This document shows, piece by piece, positions 41,301 to 50,428 of a stretch of DNA of 64,000 nucleotides. Location: NCBI GenBank assembly GCA_963835575.1, contig CAWIGG010000006.1, forward strand, positions 224,001 to 288,000. Reading direction: 5' to 3'. The stretch's first letter is position 1. Each line of letters opens with the position of its first letter. A program made the position numbers and the translations under genes. The notes under the pieces are model-generated. The model ran no database searches and was not told the origin of the DNA. It worked only from the letters and a program-made list of their open reading frames with translations. The DNA is from an uncultured Spirochaetota bacterium (GTDB taxonomy: Bacteria; Spirochaetota; Brevinematia; Brevinematales; JAOACQ01).

Positions 41301-41695
41301 TCCCCCAGCACCATCCCGGCCTTGAGCTCCATGATGAGAGAATAGATGAGCCGGACCACGCCGCTGTACATTTCTATATTCTTGAAGTAATGAAGCTTTG
41401 TTTTATTTTCTTCAATAATAAGCCTGATCAGGATGAAAGACTCGAAATCGCTGATCGAATGGAACGGGCACCGTTCGTCCGGCAGCGCCTGTTTTAATAC
41501 GTCGCCGAATGTAAAAACGGCCCTTCCCGCGTAACCGGATATGTCTTTCGCGATTCTGCCGGAAAACTCATCGCGCTGTATCCTGGAAGGGACGAGGAGA
41601 AGGGGCTGTCTTTTTTCCTTAATCTCTTTTTCGACATGGGAAAGGATCAATTCGGTTTTACCTGATTTAAACCCGCCCCGGATGATGGTAACCAT
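38387..41695 (-). CDS. AddB/RexB-like helicase-nuclease subunit with C-terminal PD-(D/E)XK nuclease
   Basis: GGFKSGKT, IDGFFDFT, AGLNEGEFP, SSSRLETFGNCRY, GSIDRID, IMDYKSG, CGFCPYTKAC (Fe-S cysteines). Confidence 0.85.
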   Translation of the reverse strand: MVTIIRGGFKSGKTELILSHVEKEIKEKRQPLLLVPSRIQRDEFSGRIAKDISGYAGRAVFTFGDVLKQALPDERCPFHSISDFESFILIRLIIEENKTKLHYFKNIEMYSGVVRLIYSLIMELKAGMVLGDYEKIKNSAMKKTGREAEKWKDIYTIFEQYEERLMNKGLCDSYRLFMETAKEIKNNTIFSSCSMLAIDGFFDFTSVEFELIKALIGVFEKQNKKVFLTLPGPAYPLLEKTFEDFNKNFKIEVITLEEGGNPFAEISKSLLSGAIQNIPTEARISVIKAFGKYREIEKIAHEIKRLKIMENYSYNDVTMIIPNMEAYRSSIKSVFGRFQIPFYNTHDEPLKENPVIIYIFYICECVMRENAVDSVQILSIVNSNFMSNKNFKTLAGLTGVLSSYFRGNKESWEKAFDAKIKYYKEMRNNLFLYDDEGDYTPDELDRKINEAMEMKKIMGQFLSIIFLPSEKTSIDGFIEWLSGLISGFGIREVLNSEAAAGSLIAVKEFTAFRKLKDTLLSLKKSLRILGREDFSRLEFFQMFENLVQNVTYRFQYYPLEAVKIGAPFDIRESSSRAVFIAGLNEGEFPGGVSLSLLNGAEKKRVNETASRAIFQDEEKRSVSERLDFAVSISRCRERLYLSTTPYDESGREILPSLYLTAMLRLIEGQKNGTQEEDSFFEIVPSEQWMDLYDMNSLLSHDFDLLENNLQKKILLENTIYQDVRKMRSYYQIISAFNDIYEGVRTDDRETLKSLSTGRSYFGGLEFDEDSPSNRLNRDWAQSKLNKMIFSSSRLETFGNCRYLFLLKYLFGIREEAYPSQKIKSSFKGSFYHAVLKEYIEKTADFPRDYLINHRNEIRNVLDECVENNFNEFMNREGEQGLFSIEKEYYRRILRNFIDYDAQCLRDLKPVETEFAINAKLELEGGTALPVNGSIDRIDVKEGENGESFRIMDYKSGNVYHYKGDFLIPLKLFQGFIYAWSLGKPVEKISYVSIEKEGPFKKMDVLPYPCKIKAATDNNKSAGNTFEKIWAQKKTEIETVFDFIRDGNFLPFTLETDYQEEILGFYRRFYQEGSSIKTESDKKCGFCPYTKACLRRDKLNVEY

Positions 41696-41834
41696 AGCGC
41701 CTTCTTGAATTCATGTAAATTAATAATTTATTTTTTTCAGATGATTATTCAAACTATTATAATATTATTTATAACATTATGCATTTTTTATTCTTTATAT
41801 TTTTATTTTAATCATATTCAATCAATTCCATAAT

Positions 41835-41863
41835 TTGATTTTTGTCCCATTCAATAATATAAT
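41835..41863 (+). promoter_or_regulatory. Putative sigma70 promoter upstream of ilvC
   Basis: TTGATT-N17-TATAAT. Confidence 0.55.
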
Positions 41864-41880
41864 AAACCCCTCTGTTATAA

Positions 41881-41955
41881 GCAGTTCCATCCCTCACCAT
41901 TTTGTTAGATGTCCTGCTGCTGTAAACAGGCAAAATGGTGAGGGATTGGAACTGC
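41881..41955 (+). repeat. Structured hairpin motif, copy C, in the ilvC leader
   Basis: GCAGTTCCA-TCCCTCACCATTTTG / CAAAATGGTGAGGGA-T-TGGAACTGC with bulge and CCTG/CAGG apical hairpin. Confidence 0.72.
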
Positions 41956-42049
41956 GCTAATTATTAAAGACCTTTTGGGTAATCTAAATGACGCGGGAAC
42001 TGCATAAGTCTGTACAAAGTCAATAAAAGAAATAATAAAGGAGGCTGTT

Positions 42050-43150
42050 ATGGCCAAGATTAATTTCGGCGGAGTGATGGAAGAAGTCGTCACGCGCGAA
42101 GAATTCCCTTTATCCAAGGCGAGAGAGGTTTTAAAGAACGAAGTCATCGCGATCCTGGGATACGGCGTACAGGGCCCGGCCCAGGGTTTGAATATGAAAG
42201 ACAACGGCTTAAATGTTATTGTAGGCCAATCCAAGCAGTTCATGAGGGACTGGGACAGGGCTGTCAAGGACGGCTGGGTGCCCGGCAAGGACCTTTTTGA
42301 GCTTGAAGAAGCCGCTGACAAGGGCACGATCATCATGATGCTGGTAAGCGACGCCGCCCAGATGCAGATCTGGCCGATGGTCAAGAAGCATTTAAAACCC
42401 GGCAAAGCTGTTTATTTTTCCCATGGATTTTCGATCGTTTATAAAGACCAGACCCAGGTTATCCCGCCTGCCGATGTCGATGTGATCATGGTCGCCCCGA
42501 AAGGTTCCGGCACATCCGTACGCAGGAATTTCCTTTCAGGCGCCGGTATCAACTCGAGCTTTGCCGTCGGTCAGGATTATACGAAAAAGGCAATGGAACG
42601 CTGCGTTGCCGTCGGGATCGGGATCGGCTCAGGGTATCTTTTCCCCACAACATTCCAGCAGGAAGTGTATAGCGACCTGACGGGTGAAAGAGGAGTTCTG
42701 ATGGGAGCGCTTGCCGGAATCATGGAAGCGCAGTACCAGGTCCTCCGTGAAAACGGCCACAGCCCGAGCGAGGCTTTTAATGAGACAGTGGAAGAACTGA
42801 CCCAGAGCTTGATCAGACTGGTTGATGAAAACGGAATGGATTGGATGTATTCCAACTGCTCAGCGACGGCGCAGAGAGGAGCTCTGGACTGGAAACCCCG
42901 TTTTAAGGAAGCCGTGCTTCCTTCTTTCAAGGAACTCTATAAGAGGGTCAAGGAAGGCGTGGAAACGGCCCGTGTGATCAGCGAGTGCAGTTCGCCGGAT
43001 TATCAGAAAAAACTGAATGAGGAATTGTCCGCGATCAAGAATTCCGAAATGTGGCAGGCCGGCGCGGCTGTCAGAAGCCTGAGACCGAAGGAACCTGTCA
43101 AGAAAATCGATTCAACGACGAAAGGCATCGCTGGAAGAGGCGAAGATTAA
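42050..43150 (+). CDS. ilvC: Ketol-acid reductoisomerase
   Basis: GYGVQG, FSHGF, VAPKGSG, SDLTGERG, EAFNETVEE, CSATAQRG. Confidence 0.96.
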   Translation: MAKINFGGVMEEVVTREEFPLSKAREVLKNEVIAILGYGVQGPAQGLNMKDNGLNVIVGQSKQFMRDWDRAVKDGWVPGKDLFELEEAADKGTIIMMLVSDAAQMQIWPMVKKHLKPGKAVYFSHGFSIVYKDQTQVIPPADVDVIMVAPKGSGTSVRRNFLSGAGINSSFAVGQDYTKKAMERCVAVGIGIGSGYLFPTTFQQEVYSDLTGERGVLMGALAGIMEAQYQVLRENGHSPSEAFNETVEELTQSLIRLVDENGMDWMYSNCSATAQRGALDWKPRFKEAVLPSFKELYKRVKEGVETARVISECSSPDYQKKLNEELSAIKNSEMWQAGAAVRSLRPKEPVKKIDSTTKGIAGRGED

Positions 43151-43158
43151 AATATATC

Positions 43159-43191
43159 CAAAGGCGGCGATTTTAATCGTCGCCTTTGTTT
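43159..43191 (+). terminator. Intrinsic terminator-like hairpin after ilvC
   Basis: CAAAGGCGGCGAT-TTTA-ATCGTCGCCTTTG followed by TTT. Confidence 0.65.
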
Positions 43192-43220
43192 AGAAATCAA
43201 TTTTTATTAAGGTGAATTGT

Positions 43221-44108
43221 ATGGGGAACGGAAAAGCGATTGTCAGAACCGATATTAAGGAGTTGAAAAAGCTCTTCAGCGGTAAAGTCCGCGATATTTA
43301 TGAGGTCTCAAAAGATAAATGGCTGATCGTCACGACAGACAGGCTTTCCGCGTTTGACGTTGTGTTTAATGAGGGCATCCCTGAAAAAGGGCTGATCCTT
43401 AATTCCATTTCCAACAAATGGTTTTCAAAAATTTCTTTTATACCCAATCATCTTCTTTCAACAGAAGTGAATAATGGATTCCCTTTTCTTAAAAATTACG
43501 AGGGCCTGCCGGAACGGTCCGTGCTTGTGAAAAAAGTGAACCGCCTGCCCGTGGAGTGCGTTGTCCGCGGCTATCTTTTCGGCAGCGTATATGAGGAATA
43601 CAGGCAGAAAGGGACGGCCGGCGGGAATAGTCTCCCGAAAGGCCTTGAACTTGCGCAGAAACTGCCTCAGCCCATTTTTACCCCGTCGACAAAAGCCGAA
43701 ACCGGCCATGATGAAAATATTAATTATCAGGAACTGTGTAAAATTGTTGAGAAGAAAACAGCCGATCAGATTATTGAGAATTCGATAAAAATTTATAAAG
43801 AAGCCGCCGGGATTATGGGGAAAGAAGGTGTGATTCTTGCGGATACCAAATTCGAGTTCGGGCTGGATGAGAACGGAAGCCTGATCCTTGTCGATGAGGT
43901 CCTCACCCCCGATTCATCGCGGTACTGGGATAAAAAAAGCTATAAGACCGGAGAAAGCCCGAAGAGCTATGACAAGCAGTTTGTCCGGGATTATCTCAAT
44001 ACACTAAACTGGGACAAGAAGCCGCCGGCCCCTCCGCTTCCCGGGGACATCATCCGGAAAACGAAGGAAAAATATGACCAGCTGCGTTCAATCATCAGCC
44101 GGATTTAA
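43221..44108 (+). CDS. purC: SAICAR synthase
   Basis: SGKVRDIY, DRLSAFD, ECVVRGY, FTPSTKA, ADTKFEFG, DEVLTPDSSRYW, DKQFVR. Confidence 0.96.
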   Translation: MGNGKAIVRTDIKELKKLFSGKVRDIYEVSKDKWLIVTTDRLSAFDVVFNEGIPEKGLILNSISNKWFSKISFIPNHLLSTEVNNGFPFLKNYEGLPERSVLVKKVNRLPVECVVRGYLFGSVYEEYRQKGTAGGNSLPKGLELAQKLPQPIFTPSTKAETGHDENINYQELCKIVEKKTADQIIENSIKIYKEAAGIMGKEGVILADTKFEFGLDENGSLILVDEVLTPDSSRYWDKKSYKTGESPKSYDKQFVRDYLNTLNWDKKPPAPPLPGDIIRKTKEKYDQLRSIISRI

Positions 44109-44680
44109 TGGATAATAAAATGGATAACCATGAAGAAACAACAGCGGCCGCCGAAAATACGCCGCCCATAGCACTGAAATTCGCGCCGGCCTGGAAAAGG
44201 GTCGTTTCCTTTCTTATCGATAAAATCATAATAGCGATAATCCTCGATATCCTTATATTTCTGATTTACAGGAATGAATTCCTGCCCATCATGATGCAGC
44301 AGGATTTTAACCTGCAGTTAAAGCTCCTCAAGGGATTCATGGATTCCAGGGGCTTTACCATTTCCATCGCCCAGTTCATTATTGAGGCGTCTTATTTCGC
44401 GCTCGGCTGGAAGGCGAACGGCCAGACGATCGGCGCGCGGATCATGAGGATCATCGTGATGAGTGTGGAAAAGAAAAGGCTCTCCATCCTGCAGGGCATA
44501 GTCCGGTATTCACTCATCGCGCTGTCCGCCGTAGCCCTTTATATTCCACAGCTGATCGTTTTCAATCCCATCTACCATCAGCGCCTGCATGATTTCATTA
44601 CCGCTTCCGTTGTCGTGGAAGTTCCTGAAACGAAAGAAAAAGATAAAAAAAACACAAGCGAAAGCCCGAAAGGGGAATGA
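44108..44680 (+). CDS. RDD-family membrane protein
   Basis: WKRVVSFLID, GQTIG, QRLHD. Confidence 0.88.
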   Translation: MDNKMDNHEETTAAAENTPPIALKFAPAWKRVVSFLIDKIIIAIILDILIFLIYRNEFLPIMMQQDFNLQLKLLKGFMDSRGFTISIAQFIIEASYFALGWKANGQTIGARIMRIIVMSVEKKRLSILQGIVRYSLIALSAVALYIPQLIVFNPIYHQRLHDFITASVVVEVPETKEKDKKNTSESPKGE

Positions 44681-45087
44681 ATTATAATTCACCACTAAGA
44701 ACCACATAAGGTAATTTATGATTCTTTTATTTGCCTATTGAGGCTTATGATTATAGAGCCTTTTTTGTAATATCCGATTCGGCACACAGATTAACACGGA
44801 TTATTACGGATTTTATAGGATTTAGTTTTGTTTAGAGATGCTTTTTATTTTCACTTGTTGCATACAAGATAAATAGGACGATGGGGCAGGTTTAAAGGTG
44901 TTGGGGGGGCTACGCTTGTTTTCAAGGATATGTAGTTTTACAGGAAGAAAGGAAGGCGGGAAGAGTGTCAGGATATTAATAAAGTATAGTTTATTTATTT
45001 GTTTTTAATATATTTTCTATTTGACCAACTAAAGTAGGAGTAGATTCAATATTACCTTTAATATAACCAGTTTCAACAACTTCAAAA

Positions 45088-46483
45088 GAGTTTTTGTCAA
45101 ATGTTGTGTATGACATACCCTCTCATTTTTTTATGCTGCCTTTTTTACAAGCTCTCCGTTCTCAAAAACAGCGCCTTCCAATACAAGGCTAATCTTTTCA
45201 TAACCTCTTAATTTTCTCCATCGCCTGGATGCCTTATCCAGTAATTTATAGACCATTATTAGAATCGTTTCCCTGGTTCCGCAGCCTCTCATCTTTTTAG
45301 TTCTTAATCGAACTGTAGAGAAGGTAGATTCTATTACGTTTGTCGTACGGATATGTACCCAATGTTCCGCCGGACAGTTATAAAATTCGATCATAAGCTC
45401 CCAATCCTTTTCTAAACATTCGACAGCTGCTGGATATTTAGGATTAAAAACCGCCTGGAATAATTCAAAAGCTTTGATAGCATTATCCTTATCAGGAGCA
45501 TTGCATATCTCATGAAGCATCTCTTTTGCCTTTGACTGTAATACTTTGGGCAGCTTGTTTAGAATGTTCTTTATCTTATGAACCCAGCATCTCTGCCATC
45601 TGGATTCAGGATATACTTCTTTGGCTGCTTTCCAGAATCCAAGGCTTCCGTCTCCGATAAAAAGAATAGGACCTTTCAAACCTTTTTCTTTTAGGTTTCT
45701 TAATATCCCTAACCAAGTCTCGGAATTCTCTCTGTAACCTTCTTCAACAAGAATAATCTCCTTTTCACCATTCTCATTGGCTCCGATCATTACAAGAGTG
45801 CATAAACGGTCTTCGCTGCCCTGTACATTGAAGTAAATGCCGTCAACCCATATATAGCAATACTTTTTATCGCTTAAATCGGATGTCCGCCACTCATCAT
45901 ATTCTTTACCCCATCCTTGTTTCATTCTGCTTATACTTGAGGCTGATAATCCTTTCGCTTCTTCACCAAGCAATCCTCTCAAGGCATTCTCCATATCCAT
46001 CTCTGAGACTCCATAGAGATACAACAATGGAATGGCTTCCTCAATTCTCAGGCTTTTTCTCATATACGGCGGTACTATTAGGCTTTGAAAATTGTCGCCT
46101 CCGAGTCGGTTCCTTGTTCTCGGAATACATACATCAATAGCCCCTCCACCAATGAGAATCTGACGGGCTTTATGATACCCATTTCTTACTATTGCCTTTC
46201 TCCCGTCTTCGATAGTTAAATGCTCTCTCTCCTGAAGAAACCCATTAATTTCATCTTCCAGAGCCTTCTTGATTATTTCCCTGGCCCCGATCCTTGCCAA
46301 TTCTTCAAGACATAAAAATTCTACTGTTTCATCTTGATTAAAAGCCTGTAAGAGCTTAAAATCTTCGTTGTGCTTCGGCATATGGCGTATTCCTCCTTTT
46401 GTTTATTGTCGTAAATAAATTATAGAGGGTACGCCATCTTTTTTAAAATATTTATTCCTATACACAACTTTCTATTATAACTC
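45088..46483 (-). mobile_element. IS256-family insertion sequence
   Basis: Imperfect IRs GAGTTTTTGTCAAATGTTGTGTAT / GAGTTATAATAGAAAGTTGTGTAT. 9-bp target duplication ACTTCAAAA at 45079-45087 and 46484-46492. Confidence 0.93.
45131..46381 (-). CDS. IS256-family transposase
   Basis: RNGY, YIWVDG, IGDGSLGF, QRCWVH, RTTNVIES. Confidence 0.95.
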   Translation of the reverse strand: MPKHNEDFKLLQAFNQDETVEFLCLEELARIGAREIIKKALEDEINGFLQEREHLTIEDGRKAIVRNGYHKARQILIGGGAIDVCIPRTRNRLGGDNFQSLIVPPYMRKSLRIEEAIPLLYLYGVSEMDMENALRGLLGEEAKGLSASSISRMKQGWGKEYDEWRTSDLSDKKYCYIWVDGIYFNVQGSEDRLCTLVMIGANENGEKEIILVEEGYRENSETWLGILRNLKEKGLKGPILFIGDGSLGFWKAAKEVYPESRWQRCWVHKIKNILNKLPKVLQSKAKEMLHEICNAPDKDNAIKAFELFQAVFNPKYPAAVECLEKDWELMIEFYNCPAEHWVHIRTTNVIESTFSTVRLRTKKMRGCGTRETILIMVYKLLDKASRRWRKLRGYEKISLVLEGAVFENGELVKKAA

Positions 46484-47852
46484 ACTTCAAAAATAATTTT
46501 ACCTAACTCTGCGGCTATTTTATCTTTTATTTCCTTATCCTCAATTGTATCAATAAATGCTATATAAGTTTCTAACATAACATGTTTTTGTTCGAAGATA
46601 TATGATAAATTTCTATTGTTTGAATAATTACGATTGAAGAAAAATACTAACCAAGCTAATATCGAAATAATTCCAACTTTACTTACATTTACACTAATAA
46701 TAATATTTTTAATCTTTTCTTGGAAATTATATTCAAGCCATGAGATTCCAGCAAAAATAATAATTAATAAACCTATTGAAAAAAAAGTAGTAATTTTCCA
46801 GATATTAGCTATATCATTAAATTTTTTAGCTTTTATTTCAAACTGTTTTTTATATTGAACTGCTAATTTCCCTTTTAAGGTTCTTCTTGCTTCTTCAAGT
46901 AATTCGTTAGCTTTCTCAATAGCTTTTTTGCCTTCATTTTGTACTTCTTTTTCAAATTCATTAAATTTAGAAACTTTCTCTTGAATTTCACTTTTATATG
47001 TTTCAATTTGTTTTAATAGGTTTTCTTTTTCGTTTATAATATCTATACCTTTAGAGTTGATCTTTTGATATGCTGAAGCACTTAAAAGTATTGGAGAATT
47101 TCCAATTATATCTTTTCTAAGACTAATTAATCTTGTTAAAATCGCTGCTTTTTTTTGTAGTAATATATTAGAATTTTTAACTTCTGCCCATTGTGTTTTT
47201 GAAATGTCTATTAAAATATTTGAATAAGTGCTTTTATATGTTTCAACAGTAGGTAATAATTGACCTATAATAGATTCATTTCGATTAACCATATCAAATG
47301 AATTAAAAAAAGAATCAAAATCATTTGTTAAATTACTTACTTCTTCAAATTTCAGATAACTAAGTTCTGGTTTAGATTGTATTTCTTCATAAATTGTCAT
47401 TTATACCCCCAAAATGAGATACAATTAATATTATGATGTTTAGTGTACCATATTTATTTAAAAGTTGTCAAAAGATAATATTGTACTATTTAGGTGGGTT
47501 AGTCTTATTATGCGATTCTTTTACGATTTTATCATGTCAGGATTTTCCAGGATGAGCCTACTTGGAAATTCTATTAGCGTTCTATGTTACATTCGGAATC
47601 GGACAAAATAATTCAAGCGGCTTGGGGAATAACTAAATCCTATAAATCCGCTTTAATCAGTGCTCATCCGTGTGAAAAATCGGATATAATAATTTGGATT
47701 CTTTAATTAAGTCTATAATTTTAAACTAAAGAGCCGTTAGTTATCTTCCTATCTTCCTGTTCCTTTTCCTCGTTCGTGGTCCTTTGTGCTCTTCGTGATC
47801 TTCGTGTTGAGAAAAAAAGCATCTCAATTCAACAAGATTGCTTTTTTAAATT

Positions 47853-48821
47853 TTAAGGTATCTCGACAGTATTCAGAATATTTTCGATCACATTCTCCGC
47901 CGTGATGCCTTCCGCCTCGGCTTCGAAGCTGAGGATGAGACGATGTCTTAATATATCATAAGCCGAAGCTTTTATATCCTCCGGGATCACGTATCCTCGG
48001 CGGTCGAAAATCGCCTCGGCCCTTCCTGCCCTGATGAAATTGATCGAGGCACGCGGCGAAGCGCCGTATTTCACATGGCCTTTTTCATAATTCCTCGTGG
48101 CGTTGACAATGCGGACAACATAATCGCTGATCTTCTCGTCCACATAGATCCGCTCGGCGAATTTCTGCAGTTTGAGGATGTCCTGCTTTGAGGCGGCCTT
48201 TTTCGGTTCGGGGTATGTCAGGCCGCTCATCCTGTTGATGATTCTCTTTTCCTCGCTTTCAGAAGGGTAGTTGATCAGAACTTTCATGAAAAACCGGTCT
48301 GTTTGGGCTTCCGGCAGGGGATAGGTGCCTTCCTGCTCGATGGGGTTCTGCGTGGCCATCACAAAAAAAGGATCAGGCATATCGTATGTTTCATCCCCGA
48401 TCGTGGCCGTTTTTTCCTGCATGGATTCGAGAAGTGCGGACTGTACCTTGGAAGGGGCGCGGTTGATCTCGTCCGCCAGGATAAAATTAGCGAAAATCGG
48501 CCCTTTTTTTATTTCAAAGCTTCCCTTATGCTGATTATAAATAAGCGTTCCGCGGATATCAGCCGGAAGCATATCCGGAGTGAACTGGATGCGCTTGAAT
48601 TCAAGGTCGAGGATCTGGGAGAGCGTTTTGATGGCCAGGGTTTTGGCTAGTCCCGGCACGCCTTCCACCAGAAGATGACCGGCTGAAAGAAGGCACGAGA
48701 GCATCCGGGAAAGAAGCTTGTCCTGGCCGACAATAACCTTTTGAAACTCGGCTTTTATTTTTTCGATAACGGCGACGTATTGTTCCGATTCCTCCGTCAG
48801 GCGCTTAATTTCTTCGTCCAT
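47853..48821 (-). CDS. MoxR-family AAA+ ATPase
   Basis: EGVPGLAKT, RIQFTPDMLPAD, DEINRA, ATQNPIEQEGTYPLPEAQ, GASPR. Confidence 0.95.
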   Translation of the reverse strand: MDEEIKRLTEESEQYVAVIEKIKAEFQKVIVGQDKLLSRMLSCLLSAGHLLVEGVPGLAKTLAIKTLSQILDLEFKRIQFTPDMLPADIRGTLIYNQHKGSFEIKKGPIFANFILADEINRAPSKVQSALLESMQEKTATIGDETYDMPDPFFVMATQNPIEQEGTYPLPEAQTDRFFMKVLINYPSESEEKRIINRMSGLTYPEPKKAASKQDILKLQKFAERIYVDEKISDYVVRIVNATRNYEKGHVKYGASPRASINFIRAGRAEAIFDRRGYVIPEDIKASAYDILRHRLILSFEAEAEGITAENVIENILNTVEIP

Positions 48822-48908
48822 TGTAGTCCTCCAAAAAAATGTATTTATATTTTAATTCTGTTTTGATCTTTTCGCAAAAAATCAATATTTCAGAGACCAT
48901 TATTGTCT

Positions 48909-48992
48909 TCCGCGAATTCACGCGAATCAACGCGAATGGGAAAAAGAATAAATAATTATTAGCGTCTATTCGCATGGCTTCGCGGATTACCC
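48909..48992. repeat. Empty 9-nt-period inverted-repeat element
   Basis: TCCGCGAATTCACGCGAATCAACGCGAAT / ATTAGCGTCTATTCGCATGGCTTCGCGGATTACCC. Confidence 0.8.
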
Positions 48993-49023
48993 GTTTTTTG
49001 AATGGAAAATCCGGATAGTAATC

Positions 49024-49980
49024 TTACAGAATCGCCTTCACTTCCTCTTTCGACGGCATCGCCGGTATCGCTCCCTTGCGGGTCGTGGCCAGACCGGCCG
49101 CGGCGCATGCGAAGCGCAGGCATTTCTGCAGGCCTTGAGGATTCAAGTGATGGACATCCAGATTTTCTTCATGGATAAAAGCGTAAAGGAACGCGCCGAG
49201 GAAAGCGTCGCCGGCGCCTGTCGTGTCGATTGTTTTTATATCTGTAAACGCTTTCTGATAGACGGAAGACGAAGAAAAATAAGCCGACGCGCCGTCCCTC
49301 CCCAAAGTGACAAGCAGAAGTGGGATTTTGTATTGACGGATCAATATTTGAGCGCCTTTTTCCATCTCTTTTTCTCCGGTGAGAAAATCCAGCTCTTCGG
49401 CTGAGACTTTGACAATGGAAGCGTAATGCATAACGGATAAAATCCGCTTTTTTGCCTCTTCCAGGCTTTTCCAGAGCGAAGGCCGCAGGTTCGGGTCATA
49501 AGAAATTATCGCACGGACTTTTCTGGCTGTTTCAAGGGCTTTAAGTGTCGCGCTTCGCGCGATTTTATGTGTGAGCGAAAGGGAGCCGAAATGAAAGAAG
49601 CGGGACTGACTGATAAGACTGTATTTGACTTCGGACGGCTTGAGTAATGTGTCGGCACCCGGGTCGCGGTAAAAGCTGAAATCGCGTTCGCCGCCTTCCT
49701 TAAGTTCGACGAAAGCAAGGGTCGTTCCAGCATCGCCGGTTAAAACGAGCCCGCTATTGTCAACACCGGCGTCATGCAGGGCCTTTCGCAGATAGCGCCC
49801 GAAAATATCATCGCCTGCCTTGCCGATAAAGGCGGCGGAACCGCCCAGGCGCGCCATGCAGGCCGCCACATTCGCCGGCGCCCCGCCGGGGTTCCTCTCG
49901 AAGAGGGCGTTGTCCTGCTCTGATAAACCGGCCGGCGTAAAATCGATCAGGATTTCCCCGAGCGCTGTCACGTCGTACAT
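49024..49980 (-). CDS. PfkB-family carbohydrate kinase (fructokinase-like)
   Basis: GGAPANVA, YDPNLRPSLW, DTTGAGDAF. Confidence 0.93.
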   Translation of the reverse strand: MYDVTALGEILIDFTPAGLSEQDNALFERNPGGAPANVAACMARLGGSAAFIGKAGDDIFGRYLRKALHDAGVDNSGLVLTGDAGTTLAFVELKEGGERDFSFYRDPGADTLLKPSEVKYSLISQSRFFHFGSLSLTHKIARSATLKALETARKVRAIISYDPNLRPSLWKSLEEAKKRILSVMHYASIVKVSAEELDFLTGEKEMEKGAQILIRQYKIPLLLVTLGRDGASAYFSSSSVYQKAFTDIKTIDTTGAGDAFLGAFLYAFIHEENLDVHHLNPQGLQKCLRFACAAAGLATTRKGAIPAMPSKEEVKAIL

Positions 49981-50017
49981 ATGGCCTCCTCTATGTAATA
50001 TATAAAGCTTTGCCTAT

Positions 50018-50403
50018 TAACCCAATTGCACACAGATTTTCTCGGATTTCACGGATTAGCGCGGATTTTATTACGGTTAAAGTTAGTCACAGTTATTTTG
50101 ATTTTTTGTCATTAGTTTTCATGAATAATGTTAAATCTTCACAAAAATTATACTCTATTAATCCCGGCGTTGGCAAATATTTATCCCGAAATATATTATC
50201 AACTCTTTCGAAAAAAATTTTAATTTCAATGGAATTTAATTAAGTGTAGTTCCTCACTAATTTGTAGGCTTCACATGAGCTGCCTTTCCTGAGCATTGTA
50301 CTGAGGTGAAGCCGATGTGAAAGCGAAAGAAAGTCCACACTTTACTCATCTTTTGATCTGTGTAAATCCGCTATATCCGTATAATCCGCGATTAATTGGG
50401 GTA
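50018..50403. repeat. 9-nt-period inverted-repeat element with non-coding AT-rich interior
   Basis: TAACCCAATT..CACAGATTTTCTCGGATTTCACGGATTAGCGCGGATT / ATCTGTGTAAATCCGCTATATCCGTATAATCCGCGATTAATTGGGGTA. Confidence 0.78.
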
Positions 50404-50428
50404 TTATAACCAATAAATACTAATGAAA

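Larger units (their letters stand above)
44991..47400 (-). pseudogene. AT-rich coiled-coil, two-TM protein gene interrupted by IS256
   Basis: Frame ...LGKIIFEV| resumes beyond the IS as VETGYIKGNIESTPTLVGQIENILKTNK* (stop at 44991-44993). Confidence 0.8.
44691..47810. repeat. Nested inverted-repeat element bracketing the AT-rich gene and IS256
   Basis: TATCCGATT..CACACAGATTAACACGGATT...TTATAGGATTTAGTT (44771-44827) pairs with AACTAAATCCTATAAATCCG...ATCCGTGTG..AATCGGATA (47631-47686). Outer CACGAAG-type arms lie near 44691 and 47770-47810. Confidence 0.75.

Noticed and set aside
41881..41955. tRNA or classical leader-peptide attenuator before ilvC
   Set aside because: The loop CTGTAAA resembles an anticodon loop, but there is no cloverleaf, T-arm or D-arm, and no Ile/Leu/Val-rich leader peptide or U-tract was seen.
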